Source of the DNA: an uncultured Acidobacteriota bacterium
Lineage (GTDB): Bacteria; Acidobacteriota; Terriglobia; UBA7540; JAPUME01
Direction of reading: 5' to 3'
NCBI GenBank assembly: GCA_964605715.1
Contig: CAZSDV010000002.1
Coordinates: 167 to 64,166, forward strand
Length of the DNA: 64,000 bases
The notes beneath the pieces were generated by a model. It had not been told where the DNA came from. It ran no database searches and saw only the letters and a list, made by a program, of their open reading frames with translations. A program made the translations under genes and the position numbers. Below are positions 49,534-58,982 of the stretch, one piece after another (the first letter of the stretch is position 1; each line of letters begins with the position of its first letter).

Positions 49534-52011
49534 ATGTCACTTTTGAAGTGTTGCCAAAGTCGCTTCTATTTTTTCCTTTTGATATTCGTTTACTTTGTCA
49601 CTTTGGGACCATCGTTGCCTGTCTCTGGAAAAAACCTAAAAGGAGCGGTCCGTGGGCGGGCGCTTGATCCGCTAGGAGATGTGGTCCCATATGCAAAGGT
49701 TGACCTACTTCAAAAATCAATCGTGATTCAATCAACAACGACGGACCGAGAAGGGAGATTTGAATTTAACGTTGTAATTTCAGGTCGCTATTACATCCGG
49801 ATCAAAGCGACAGGATTTCAGGTCAAGGAAAGCGAGACCGTATTTCTACCACCGATGGGAATCGTCCAAATCGATCTAGCCCTCCCCATCGGCACCTTAC
49901 GCCAACAATTCGTTGTGTCGGCTACAGGCACAGAAGTGTCTGCATCCCAGGTTGGTGCCTCAGTGAGCGTGATCGATAATCAGCGACTCGAATTAGCTAA
50001 CAAGTTAGACGTACTAGAAGTTTTGCGTTCGGTCCCAGGCGTGCAGGTCGTGCAAACCGGCCAGCGGGGAGGGGTAACATCACTGTTTATCCGTGGTGGC
50101 AACGCTAACTTCAATAAAGTGCTCATCGATGGGGTCCCTGCCAATGACATCGGAGGTAGTTTTAATTTCGCGAATTTATCAACAACGGGAGTGGAACAAC
50201 TAGAATTATTGCGAAGCCCCAACAGTGTTCTTTACGGCACAGACTCCCTAGGAAGCGTCGTCAATATTACTACCCGTCGTGGTGCTTCTAGTGTTCCGGA
50301 GTTCACATATTCTGCCGACGGGGGGAATTTCCGAACGGCTCGGCAAGAAATTTCCTTGGCTGGTGCACTTCGCCAAATTGACTATTTTTCTGATTTATCG
50401 TACTTCAAGACACGCAATGCTCTTCCTAATAGTGCCTTCCGCAATCAAACCTACTCTGGAAATTTTGGTTGGAAGGCTAATCGTACAACAGATATCCGAC
50501 TTAATATCCGACATACTTCCGTTGCGTTGGGTCTGCCAAGCGCTCTCGATTTCTACGGAATTCCGGACGACTCATCTCAGCGGGACCGCACCACGCGTAT
50601 CGGTGTAACCGCTAGAAATCAAACCACCACGCGCTGGCATAACCTAGTGCGGTTCGCCTCCAATGGGCTCAATTTGAATTTTACAAATCCCACACCAACG
50701 GGGGAAGCATTCGACCCCTTTGGCTTTGGGGCTAACTTCCTCGGCAATCAGGTTACGATTAAAGCGGCCAACGGGTTTAGCGTAAATGGCAGGGCTATCC
50801 TCGATTTCGGTGGCATCTACCCACAGCTTTTTGATGTCAACACATTGAGGCGCTCTCTCTACACCCAATCAGATTTCAACCTTAAACCTGACCTAAAAAC
50901 TACCTTTGGTTTTCGCTTTGAAAACACGCATGGGTTTACTGCAACTTCTAGTTCTCGGTCAACCACGGAGCGAAAGAGCCTTGGGGCTTTCATGCAAGCT
51001 CACGGACGGATTTGGCGTCGTACTTACCTTACGGCGGGGTTAGGCCTCGAAAAAAATGCCATCTTCGGATTTGCTGTAACACCACGTGTTTCGTTGGGTT
51101 ACTACCTGAGACAAGGTGCCTCAGGGACATTTTTAAATAGTACGAAACTGAGATTTAATTTTGGAACTGGCATTAAGGAGCCAAGTGTCTTTCATGAAAG
51201 TTCTTCTCTCTTTAGTCTTCTAACGGAACTCACAAATGGTAGTTCCTCGATCTCACAGTTCGGTGTTTTTCCAATCGGACCTGAGAAAAGCCGGAGTTTT
51301 GATTTCGGATTTGACCAAAAATTATGGGACGGGCGTGCTAGCCTAGGAATCAACTTTTTTCATAACCAATTTTTTGATCTGATCGAGTTTGTTGCCAAAG
51401 ATACTCTTCCTCAACTTGGAGTACCTATAGCGGCCGCGGTGGCAACTCCCTTTGGAGCTGCAATTAACTCTTCTTCTTTTTATGCCCTTGGCATGGAAAC
51501 GGAATTCCTAGCGCGACTTAGCAGCGGATTGCATGTACAAGGGCAGTATACCTACCTGAAGGCAGCGGTGAATGAATCCTTTTCCAGTGGCGCTATTCAG
51601 CCAGCTATTAACCCCTTGTTTCCTGACATCCCTATTGGTGCATTTTCACCCCTGATAGGAGGTAGGCCTTTCCGGCGCGCGCCACATTCAGGAAGTTTCG
51701 AGGTAGGGTATTCGAATGGAAACTTAGCGTTCATGTTCAGTGGTTACTTTGTTGGGCGCCAAGATGGCAGTAGCTTTCTTTCTGACCCGCTTTTCGGAAA
51801 CTCACTGCTCTTGCCAAATCATAATTTCATCTCGGGTTACCAGAAAATTGATTGGAGCGGATATTATTCTTTTGACCACGGGATTGCATTTTATACCAGC
51901 ATCGAAAACCTTCTTAGCCAGCATTACCAGCCGGTACCAGGATTCCCCGCTTCCCCACTAACGTTCCGTACCGGCCTCAAGATTAGGCTAGGAGGAGAAA
52001 ACTGGAGATAA
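49534..52011 (+). CDS. TonB-dependent receptor with N-terminal carboxypeptidase-regulatory-like domain
   Basis: 825 aa. Signal peptide, a CarboxypepD_reg-like beta-sandwich (GRFEF...GRYYIRIKATGF), a plug domain (RSVPGVQV...IRGG) and a C-terminal beta-barrel. Context suggests a BtuB-like role. Confidence 0.85.
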   Translation: MSLLKCCQSRFYFFLLIFVYFVTLGPSLPVSGKNLKGAVRGRALDPLGDVVPYAKVDLLQKSIVIQSTTTDREGRFEFNVVISGRYYIRIKATGFQVKESETVFLPPMGIVQIDLALPIGTLRQQFVVSATGTEVSASQVGASVSVIDNQRLELANKLDVLEVLRSVPGVQVVQTGQRGGVTSLFIRGGNANFNKVLIDGVPANDIGGSFNFANLSTTGVEQLELLRSPNSVLYGTDSLGSVVNITTRRGASSVPEFTYSADGGNFRTARQEISLAGALRQIDYFSDLSYFKTRNALPNSAFRNQTYSGNFGWKANRTTDIRLNIRHTSVALGLPSALDFYGIPDDSSQRDRTTRIGVTARNQTTTRWHNLVRFASNGLNLNFTNPTPTGEAFDPFGFGANFLGNQVTIKAANGFSVNGRAILDFGGIYPQLFDVNTLRRSLYTQSDFNLKPDLKTTFGFRFENTHGFTATSSSRSTTERKSLGAFMQAHGRIWRRTYLTAGLGLEKNAIFGFAVTPRVSLGYYLRQGASGTFLNSTKLRFNFGTGIKEPSVFHESSSLFSLLTELTNGSSSISQFGVFPIGPEKSRSFDFGFDQKLWDGRASLGINFFHNQFFDLIEFVAKDTLPQLGVPIAAAVATPFGAAINSSSFYALGMETEFLARLSSGLHVQGQYTYLKAAVNESFSSGAIQPAINPLFPDIPIGAFSPLIGGRPFRRAPHSGSFEVGYSNGNLAFMFSGYFVGRQDGSSFLSDPLFGNSLLLPNHNFISGYQKIDWSGYYSFDHGIAFYTSIENLLSQHYQPVPGFPASPLTFRTGLKIRLGGENWR

Positions 52012-52112
52012 TGGAAGGCAAGGTAGAGGTATCTACTGGGCAAAATAAGTTGGATGTCTATTTCAGGTGAAAATTGAATTTTAAACCCGAAAGGTTCTCC
52101 AGGGAATCGGCC

Positions 52113-53174
52113 ATGTTAGATCGCAGCGGGAACGCTACAGCGCGCTATCGTTTTGGACTTTTTTTCCTCGCGGGACTCCTCCTACTCTCTACCATCCTTG
52201 CGGTTACGATCGGGGTTGTGGAGGTTTCTCCACGCACTATGCTTTCTGTGTTACTTAACCGGATAGGGTTTACTGACTTTCCTCAGATGTGGGCGCCTAG
52301 CGATGAAGTTATTATCTTGCATCTCCGTCTGCCCCGTGTTTTAGGAGCCGCACTTGTCGGGGCGGCCCTTTCGGTTGCAGGCATTCTTTTTCAGGGACTC
52401 TTAAGGAACCCCATGGCTGACCCGTATGTAATCGGCACTTCGGGGGGGGCGGCACTGGGCGCAAGCATCGGCCTAGTGCTCTCCAATTATTTTTCCATCT
52501 TGGGTTTCAGTGCAATCCCAACCTTTGCATTTCTAGGGGCAACAGGAACCATGATACTCGTTTACCACCTAGCAAAAGTGGGGGGACGCACGCCGGTGGT
52601 GAATATTCTCTTGGCTGGGTTTTCGGTAAGCGTAATTCTCGGGTATACCATGTCATTTCTGTTAATCGTGAACGATCGATTGCAGGTAAACGTGCGGATT
52701 CTCTACACGTGGTTGTTAGGAGGAGTTTCGATCTCTCGCTGGCCCCAGGTGGGGATCATTGCTTTGATAGTTGTTTTGGGTATTATCCTGGCATTTGTGT
52801 TCGCTAGAACCTTAAATGTTCTTTCATTAGGGGAGGAGCATGCTGCCCACCTAGGTATTCCTGTTGAGCGTCACAAAGCTGCACTAATTGCGATTGGCTC
52901 TCTATTGACAGCGGCTGCCGTTACTACGGCGGGGCTGGTCGGATTCGTTGGTTTAATCGTTCCTCATTTCCTCCGCTTGCTGTTTGGTCCAGATCACACT
53001 CGATTGCTGCCATTGGGAGCTCTAGGGGGAGCTGCCTTTCTAGTTTTTGCTGACTTACTAGCACGAATTGCCATGCCTCCTACAGAATTGCCCGTCGGAA
53101 TCTTGACCGCCTTTGTGGGGGGGCCAGCTTTCCTGTTTTTATTACGCCGGGCAAAGCGTGAGTATCGCCTTTGA
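52113..53174 (+). CDS. btuC: FecCD/BtuC family ABC transporter permease
   Basis: FecCD pattern: RLPRVLGAALVGAALSVAGILFQGLLRNPMADPYVIG, and the C-terminal GILTAFVGGPAFLFLL. ATG at 52113 is preferred over the TTG at 52074. Confidence 0.88.
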   Translation: MLDRSGNATARYRFGLFFLAGLLLLSTILAVTIGVVEVSPRTMLSVLLNRIGFTDFPQMWAPSDEVIILHLRLPRVLGAALVGAALSVAGILFQGLLRNPMADPYVIGTSGGAALGASIGLVLSNYFSILGFSAIPTFAFLGATGTMILVYHLAKVGGRTPVVNILLAGFSVSVILGYTMSFLLIVNDRLQVNVRILYTWLLGGVSISRWPQVGIIALIVVLGIILAFVFARTLNVLSLGEEHAAHLGIPVERHKAALIAIGSLLTAAAVTTAGLVGFVGLIVPHFLRLLFGPDHTRLLPLGALGGAAFLVFADLLARIAMPPTELPVGILTAFVGGPAFLFLLRRAKREYRL

Positions 53175-53190
53175 CTCTTGGAAATTAACC

Positions 53191-54009
53191 ATGAAGACAA
53201 TTGAGGTTCACAAACTCTGTTTTCAATACAAACACCACCCGGTGCTGGAAAGAGCTTCTTTGGGCATTAAGGCCGGAGAACGCGTGGCCTTACTTGGCCC
53301 CAACGGCGCAGGGAAAACGACTTTATTAAAACTTATCAGCGGGGCGCTAGCTCCGGCCCGGGGAACAGTTAGTCTTAATGGACTTACACTAAGCAGCATT
53401 TCAAAGAGAAGCTTGGCACGAACAATCGCTATCGTCCCACAGGAATTCAGTGTGCCTTTTGCATTTACCGCCCAGGAAATCGTTGAGCTCGGGAGGACGC
53501 CTTATCTGGGCCTTCTGCATGGTGTGAGGGCCGATGACCGCCTTGCCGTCGAGAAAGCCATGGCATTGACCGATACGATTCCGCTCGGGCAACGCATTTT
53601 CAATGAGTTGAGCGGAGGCGAACGCCAACGTGTCATGATTGCCATGGCACTGGCACAGGAACCGAAAATTCTGCTTTTGGATGAGCCAACTCAACAACTG
53701 GATATTGCTCGCCAAGCTGGAATTCTAGATTTAATCGTAAATCTAAATCAAGAGCAAGGGCTGACGGTACTGTGTGCGATCCATGATCTAAACCTCGCGG
53801 GCAGCTACTTCCATCGACTAATCGTTCTTCATGGTGGTTCAGTTCTGGCGGATGGGCCCCCGACTGATGTGCTACGTTCAGACCTTCTTGCGAAAGCGTA
53901 CGATGGCCCAATAGAGGTGGCATTAATCGAGAACCGTCGTATACCAGTGGTCTTGTCTCCATCCGAGCCTAATATTAAGCTGACGAAGAGAACAGAGTTT
54001 GACCACTGA
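53191..54009 (+). CDS. btuD: ABC transporter ATP-binding protein (BtuD/FecE type)
   Basis: Starts MKTIEVHKL. Walker A GPNGAGKTT, signature LSGGERQR, Walker B LLLDEPT. The ORF-track start at 53113 would overlap btuC by 62 nt. Confidence 0.9.
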   Translation: MKTIEVHKLCFQYKHHPVLERASLGIKAGERVALLGPNGAGKTTLLKLISGALAPARGTVSLNGLTLSSISKRSLARTIAIVPQEFSVPFAFTAQEIVELGRTPYLGLLHGVRADDRLAVEKAMALTDTIPLGQRIFNELSGGERQRVMIAMALAQEPKILLLDEPTQQLDIARQAGILDLIVNLNQEQGLTVLCAIHDLNLAGSYFHRLIVLHGGSVLADGPPTDVLRSDLLAKAYDGPIEVALIENRRIPVVLSPSEPNIKLTKRTEFDH

Positions 54010-54119
54010 ACCACTCAGTCACAGAAAATTTCCTGGCCATTATTAAATAAAACATCTTGGTGCAAGGGATGAAACTATGAATAAATTTTCGATGAAAAAG
54101 AACCCTTGTAGAGTGGAGC

Positions 54120-55076
54120 TTATTCGCTTTGAGGGGATTTTAATCCTAAAAGCTTAGCCCCATTCTCATAAAGAATACGATGGAGCTTACCACTATCAGG
54201 TATGAGATGGCGCAAGACGGCAAGGGACTTCGCACCAATACAATTTCCTCGATTTACTCCAGCACCCTTTCCGTCTAGGCAATCACAGTCACTGCCCCAA
54301 ATCAGCTGACGGTGGTGGCGCTCCAAAAACCCGGATGCGAAATCCGGGTCGCGAGTGATCGAGTTTAAGCCAGAGCCAGCTGACAAATCCCCATACATGT
54401 TTGGGTAATCAGAAAGTAATCGATCAGTAAGTCCACCCGGCCTTACCTTTCCGGTTGGGTACGTAACCTGAGGATTCAGGTCGGCACTGATATTTCCCCA
54501 CCAGGTTTGAGCATGACCAATGAATTTAACAGTTGGATAATGATCCAAAATCTTTGAAAATCTGGGGAAACCCGTATTATATCTTTCGTATAAAAAATGG
54601 ATCAGTACAGGAATATCCATCTCCTTGGCTAGCGAGTAGATCCGATGCATTTCAGCTGAGTCAACTGCAACATGAAATTTCATCTCTCCAATACCGATTG
54701 CACCTCTTTCTATATTTTCCCGTAGGACATCCACTGCGCGAGATTCAGCTGCATCGGCACAGGCAAACCGAACAAATCGACCTGGATAGCGCAATTCAAC
54801 CTCTGTGCAACTCTGATTACTACCCACCTGATCAAGCATCCAGCCCTCACCGGGCAACAGGACTGTGGTCGTTACCCCAAGGAAATCTTGATGGGCTACA
54901 AGGTGGTCATGTGGGCGTCTTTTATAAAAAGTGTGTTGGTGGAGGTCAAGAATTGGCTTACCCAATTCAAAAGGAATCTTCCAACTTAATGCCCCAGCGC
55001 TCAAACTCGTCCCAAGAAAACTTCTCCTCGAAACTCTCAAGGTCAACTGAAATCTCCTTTCCCTCAGTGAGGACAA
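54120..55076 (-). CDS. amidohydrolase-family (TIM-barrel metal-dependent hydrolase) protein, Tat signal
   Basis: 318 aa. RRSFLGTSLSAGAL signal. DLHQH near the N-terminus and the HAQ.. and GSD.. motifs are consistent with the Amidohydro_2 fold. Substrate unknown. Confidence 0.6.
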   Translation of the reverse strand: MSSLRERRFQLTLRVSRRSFLGTSLSAGALSWKIPFELGKPILDLHQHTFYKRRPHDHLVAHQDFLGVTTTVLLPGEGWMLDQVGSNQSCTEVELRYPGRFVRFACADAAESRAVDVLRENIERGAIGIGEMKFHVAVDSAEMHRIYSLAKEMDIPVLIHFLYERYNTGFPRFSKILDHYPTVKFIGHAQTWWGNISADLNPQVTYPTGKVRPGGLTDRLLSDYPNMYGDLSAGSGLNSITRDPDFASGFLERHHRQLIWGSDCDCLDGKGAGVNRGNCIGAKSLAVLRHLIPDSGKLHRILYENGAKLLGLKSPQSE

Positions 55077-55126
55077 TGATTATCATAGAGCATTCGGCTC
55101 TCGCATTTTACCAAACTGATTAAGAC

Positions 55127-58100
55127 ATGAGAAACTCAATACTCTTGTCCCTATTTTCGTCGGCGATATTTTTCTCGGGTTGCTCCGTTGAGGATCGATC
55201 GCCAGGGCCCCTTTCCCCCGAGCAAGCCCTAAAAAGCTTCCAGATCCACCCGGATTTCCGCATAGAGATTTTTGCTACTGAACCCCATGTAATAGATCCG
55301 GTTGAATTGGTATTCGACGAGGACGGTCGGGCATTCGTAGCTGAAATGCTTGATTACCCAATTGATCCAGTTATAGGCAACCCACCCCGAAGTCGCATCC
55401 GCTTGCTGGAAGATTTTGATAAAGACGGCCGAGTGGATCACTCACGGATCTTTGCAGAGAACCTTTTGCAAGTAACGAGCATGCTCCCCTGGAAAGGTGG
55501 CCTTATCGTTACTTCAGCTCCAGATATCCTCTATTTAAAAGACACCGATGGTGACCTTAAGGCTGATCTTCGTCAGGTTCTTTTTACTGGATTCTCCATG
55601 GGTGACCCTCAGGCACGCATTACGAATCTCCGGTTTGGTATTGACAATTGGATCTATGCATCTAATTATGGCCAGCCAGGAACTATCACATCACCAGCAT
55701 TCCCCGGCGCACAATCTGTATCAGTTTTTGGAGCTGACTTTCGTTTCCAAATTGACCAAGGTCGATTCGAGGCAGCTTCTGGTACGGCACAGTTTGGCCT
55801 AGCCATTGATGACTGGGGTCGTCGCTTTATTACGCAAAATACAGTCCACGTTCGCCACGTCGTCATTCCCAGACGTTACTTGGAGAGAAATCCTTACCTT
55901 TCACGTGGCAACACCATGCAAGATATCTCCGACCATGGACGTCCTACAGCCCAGATTTTTCAGCTTACCTCCCCGCAGGACTGGAGGAAAACAAGAACCC
56001 AGATTCGCCAGCGCCGCTTCGATGAGTTAGATGTGGATCGCACTGAAGTGGTAAGCGGCTATTTCACTGGAGCTTCAGGTGGGACTTTTTATACAGGGGA
56101 CACGTTCCTTGAAAAATACCGTGGGAATTTGTTTACCGGTGATGTAGTAGGAAATCTGGTTCATCGTGACCTTATAGTTCCAGAAGGACCTATCTTTCGT
56201 GCTGAGCGTGCGCCCGAGGAACGGGACCGAGAATTTCTAGTTTCAACCGATCCATGGTTTCGTCCTTGTAACTTCACTACTGGTCCAGACGGGAACCTGT
56301 ATATGATCGATATGTATCGCGAGTTCATTGAGACACCTGCTTCAATTCCTTCGAGTCTACTAAAAAACATGAACACGTTCAGCGGGGACGAGCTCGGACG
56401 AATTTACCGTATCGTTCGAGTAGATTCGCCCCCAGTACAGCCCATTGAACCTCGCCTCTCCGATACAGCAACACAAATGCTAGTTCGACTTCTTGAACAG
56501 GAGAATAACTGGTGGAGAATAACGGGACACCGAATGCTACTCGAAAAAAAAGATCTCTCAGCAATTCCAGTACTACGGAGTTTAGTGCAAGGAAACCCTC
56601 CCCCTACACGCGTGCATGCACTCTACATTCTCGATGCTTACTCTGCTCTGGATCAACAACTAGTTGAGGTTGCCCTGGGGGATCCAGCCTCAGGAGTTCG
56701 GGAAAACGCTCTTAGGCTAGCTGAAAACTATCCTGAGCTTGAAACTCGCGTGGCGGAAATGACAAATGATCCGTCTTCTCGAGTTGCACTGCAACTCGCT
56801 TTAAGTTTAGGGGAATTCTCTGGCCAGGAAAGCTCTAAGGCACTTACCACGTTGGCCTCAAGATATGGCCATGACCCATGGTTTCAAACAGCAATTTTGA
56901 GTTCTAAGACCGGGTCCTCGCCCCAGCTCCTTCAAGCCATGCTTCACCAGGAAAATTTCTTTGTTGAACCGAATTCAGGAAAAGAGAAATTCTTAGAAGA
57001 GTTAACAGCAATCATTGGAGCACGATCCGAGCCACAACAAGTCGCGCAGCTTATAAACTTGCTTTACCAAGAGCAACAGCTGCAGGCTGAAGCTTGGCAG
57101 GTCGCCGGATTGAACGGGCTAGCACGAGGGCTTGATCTTGCAGGGACCCATCGGTCTAGAATTCGCGTTGAAGATATGGTGCTGACACGGTGGTTGCAAA
57201 GTGGATCCGAAAAGGTTCAAGTGGCAGCACTAAACCTTGCACGCCATTTCACAAATTCGTATCTCATCGCGGTATCTTCCCGCCAGGCAAAAGATGTAAG
57301 CCTTCCTATGGAAAGACGCAGAGCGGCAATCCAGTCCCTAACAGGAGGAGAGCTCCTTAACGTCCAAAAAGTGTTTGAGCAATTACTTGATTTAGAAATG
57401 GATCCGGAACTCCGAAAAACATTAATTTTCTCACTCGGACAATTCGATGACCCGAGCGTGACGGATATTTTGATTTCCCATTGGAAAAGGCTTAGCCCTA
57501 ACGCGCGCAAACACGTTCTGGACGTTTTGCTGGGGCATCAAACCCACATGCTTCAGCTTTTAGAAGCAATTAGAGATGGGAGAATTGAGCGCGCAGCCCT
57601 CGATCCCAGCCGACGCGAAAAACTCCTGCACCACTCTGATTTCAAGATTAAGGAGCAGGCCGCACGATTATTCCCAAGCGATGAGGCGCCGATCGATAGG
57701 CCGAAGCCTTGGGAAAACTATCGTTCGGTACTTGACATCAATGGAGATAGTGCACGGGGCAGGCCAATTTTTGAGGAGAGGTGTGGGGCCTGCCACTTGC
57801 CGAAAAAGAATAAACAAGTGGGCCCTGACCTAGCGCGCGTGAAAGGTAACACCGGAGCCCAATTACTACAGAAGATTCTTGATCCCAGTCAAGAGATCGA
57901 CCCCAAGTATACAAATTATATAATCACGACTACCGATGGGCTGATACACGATGGCGTGATATTCTCCGAAACTCCGGGCACATTGACTTTGTGGAGTGGA
58001 GAAGAGGAGGACAACGCGATCCTTCGTTCAAACATTTTGAACATTCGTGCCTCGAGCATATCATTGATGCCAGAGGGATTAGAAAAAGACCTCAGCCAGC

Positions 58101-58156
58101 AGGATTTGGCTGACATACTTGCATTTCTGCAAGGAGGCACCCTCCATAACCATTGA
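55127..58156 (+). CDS. PVC-type heme-binding CxxCH protein (putative membrane-bound dehydrogenase domain + HEAT repeats + C-terminal cytochrome c), lipoprotein
   Basis: 1009 aa. Lipobox FFSGC. N-terminal FATEP...DPV.L.FDEDGR..V.EM.DYP pattern. HEAT-like middle. C-terminal CGACH ... M ligand region. Confidence 0.8.
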   Translation: MRNSILLSLFSSAIFFSGCSVEDRSPGPLSPEQALKSFQIHPDFRIEIFATEPHVIDPVELVFDEDGRAFVAEMLDYPIDPVIGNPPRSRIRLLEDFDKDGRVDHSRIFAENLLQVTSMLPWKGGLIVTSAPDILYLKDTDGDLKADLRQVLFTGFSMGDPQARITNLRFGIDNWIYASNYGQPGTITSPAFPGAQSVSVFGADFRFQIDQGRFEAASGTAQFGLAIDDWGRRFITQNTVHVRHVVIPRRYLERNPYLSRGNTMQDISDHGRPTAQIFQLTSPQDWRKTRTQIRQRRFDELDVDRTEVVSGYFTGASGGTFYTGDTFLEKYRGNLFTGDVVGNLVHRDLIVPEGPIFRAERAPEERDREFLVSTDPWFRPCNFTTGPDGNLYMIDMYREFIETPASIPSSLLKNMNTFSGDELGRIYRIVRVDSPPVQPIEPRLSDTATQMLVRLLEQENNWWRITGHRMLLEKKDLSAIPVLRSLVQGNPPPTRVHALYILDAYSALDQQLVEVALGDPASGVRENALRLAENYPELETRVAEMTNDPSSRVALQLALSLGEFSGQESSKALTTLASRYGHDPWFQTAILSSKTGSSPQLLQAMLHQENFFVEPNSGKEKFLEELTAIIGARSEPQQVAQLINLLYQEQQLQAEAWQVAGLNGLARGLDLAGTHRSRIRVEDMVLTRWLQSGSEKVQVAALNLARHFTNSYLIAVSSRQAKDVSLPMERRRAAIQSLTGGELLNVQKVFEQLLDLEMDPELRKTLIFSLGQFDDPSVTDILISHWKRLSPNARKHVLDVLLGHQTHMLQLLEAIRDGRIERAALDPSRREKLLHHSDFKIKEQAARLFPSDEAPIDRPKPWENYRSVLDINGDSARGRPIFEERCGACHLPKKNKQVGPDLARVKGNTGAQLLQKILDPSQEIDPKYTNYIITTTDGLIHDGVIFSETPGTLTLWSGEEEDNAILRSNILNIRASSISLMPEGLEKDLSQQDLADILAFLQGGTLHNH

Positions 58157-58203
58157 TGGCCATCGAGACAATTTCTAATTTCAAGTAGCAAGGGAGGATA
58201 GCA

Positions 58204-58935
58204 GTGAACCTAAAAGGAAAAGGCGCAATAGTCACCGGTGGTGGGAGTGGCATTGGACGGAGCATTGCCATATCGCTCGCAGCAGAAGGGTGCAAGGTTG
58301 TTGTTGCGGGACGGCGACAAGAACACCTACGCGCAACGGCTCAACTTTGGGCAGGTCAACCACAGATCCTTAATTTCCCCGTGGATGTAGCAGATCGCGA
58401 GAGCGTCAAGAAGCTTTTCATCTGGGCTGAGGAACAACTGGACTCCATTGATATCTTGGTTAACTCCGCTGGGATAAATATTCAGAACCGTACTATGGCA
58501 GATGTTATACCAGAGGATTGGGATCGTGTTCTTGCCATCAACGCCACTGGTACGTTCAATTGCATCCATTCTGTTGTGGGGAAAATGCGTGAGCGCGGCG
58601 AAGGACTTATCATTAATATTTCCTCAGTTGCAGGAAAGCGCGCTTCTGCTCTTGGAGGGATTCCATACAATGCGTCTAAGTTTGCCATGACCGCGCTTGG
58701 GACGACAGTTGGACTTGAGGAGATGAAAAATGGCATTCGAGTAACAAATATCTACCCCGGCGAGGTAGATACACCCATCTTAGAAAAACGCCCATCACCG
58801 GTGACCAACGAACACCGCTCCCGAATGTTAAAAGCTGAGGATGTTGCTGCTGCCGTTCTCATGGTTGCCCGCCTGCCAAACCGGGCACATGTTCCCGAGC
58901 TAGTCATTAAGCCAACTTACCAAGACTATGTGTAA
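58204..58935 (+). CDS. SDR family oxidoreductase
   Basis: 243 aa. TGGGSGIG cofactor motif, NSAG, catalytic YNASK. GTG start. Confidence 0.88.
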   Translation: MNLKGKGAIVTGGGSGIGRSIAISLAAEGCKVVVAGRRQEHLRATAQLWAGQPQILNFPVDVADRESVKKLFIWAEEQLDSIDILVNSAGINIQNRTMADVIPEDWDRVLAINATGTFNCIHSVVGKMRERGEGLIINISSVAGKRASALGGIPYNASKFAMTALGTTVGLEEMKNGIRVTNIYPGEVDTPILEKRPSPVTNEHRSRMLKAEDVAAAVLMVARLPNRAHVPELVIKPTYQDYV

Positions 58936-58982
58936 TAGGATCTATTCCCATCTTAAGAAGATCACCTTATCATGGGGGGCAA

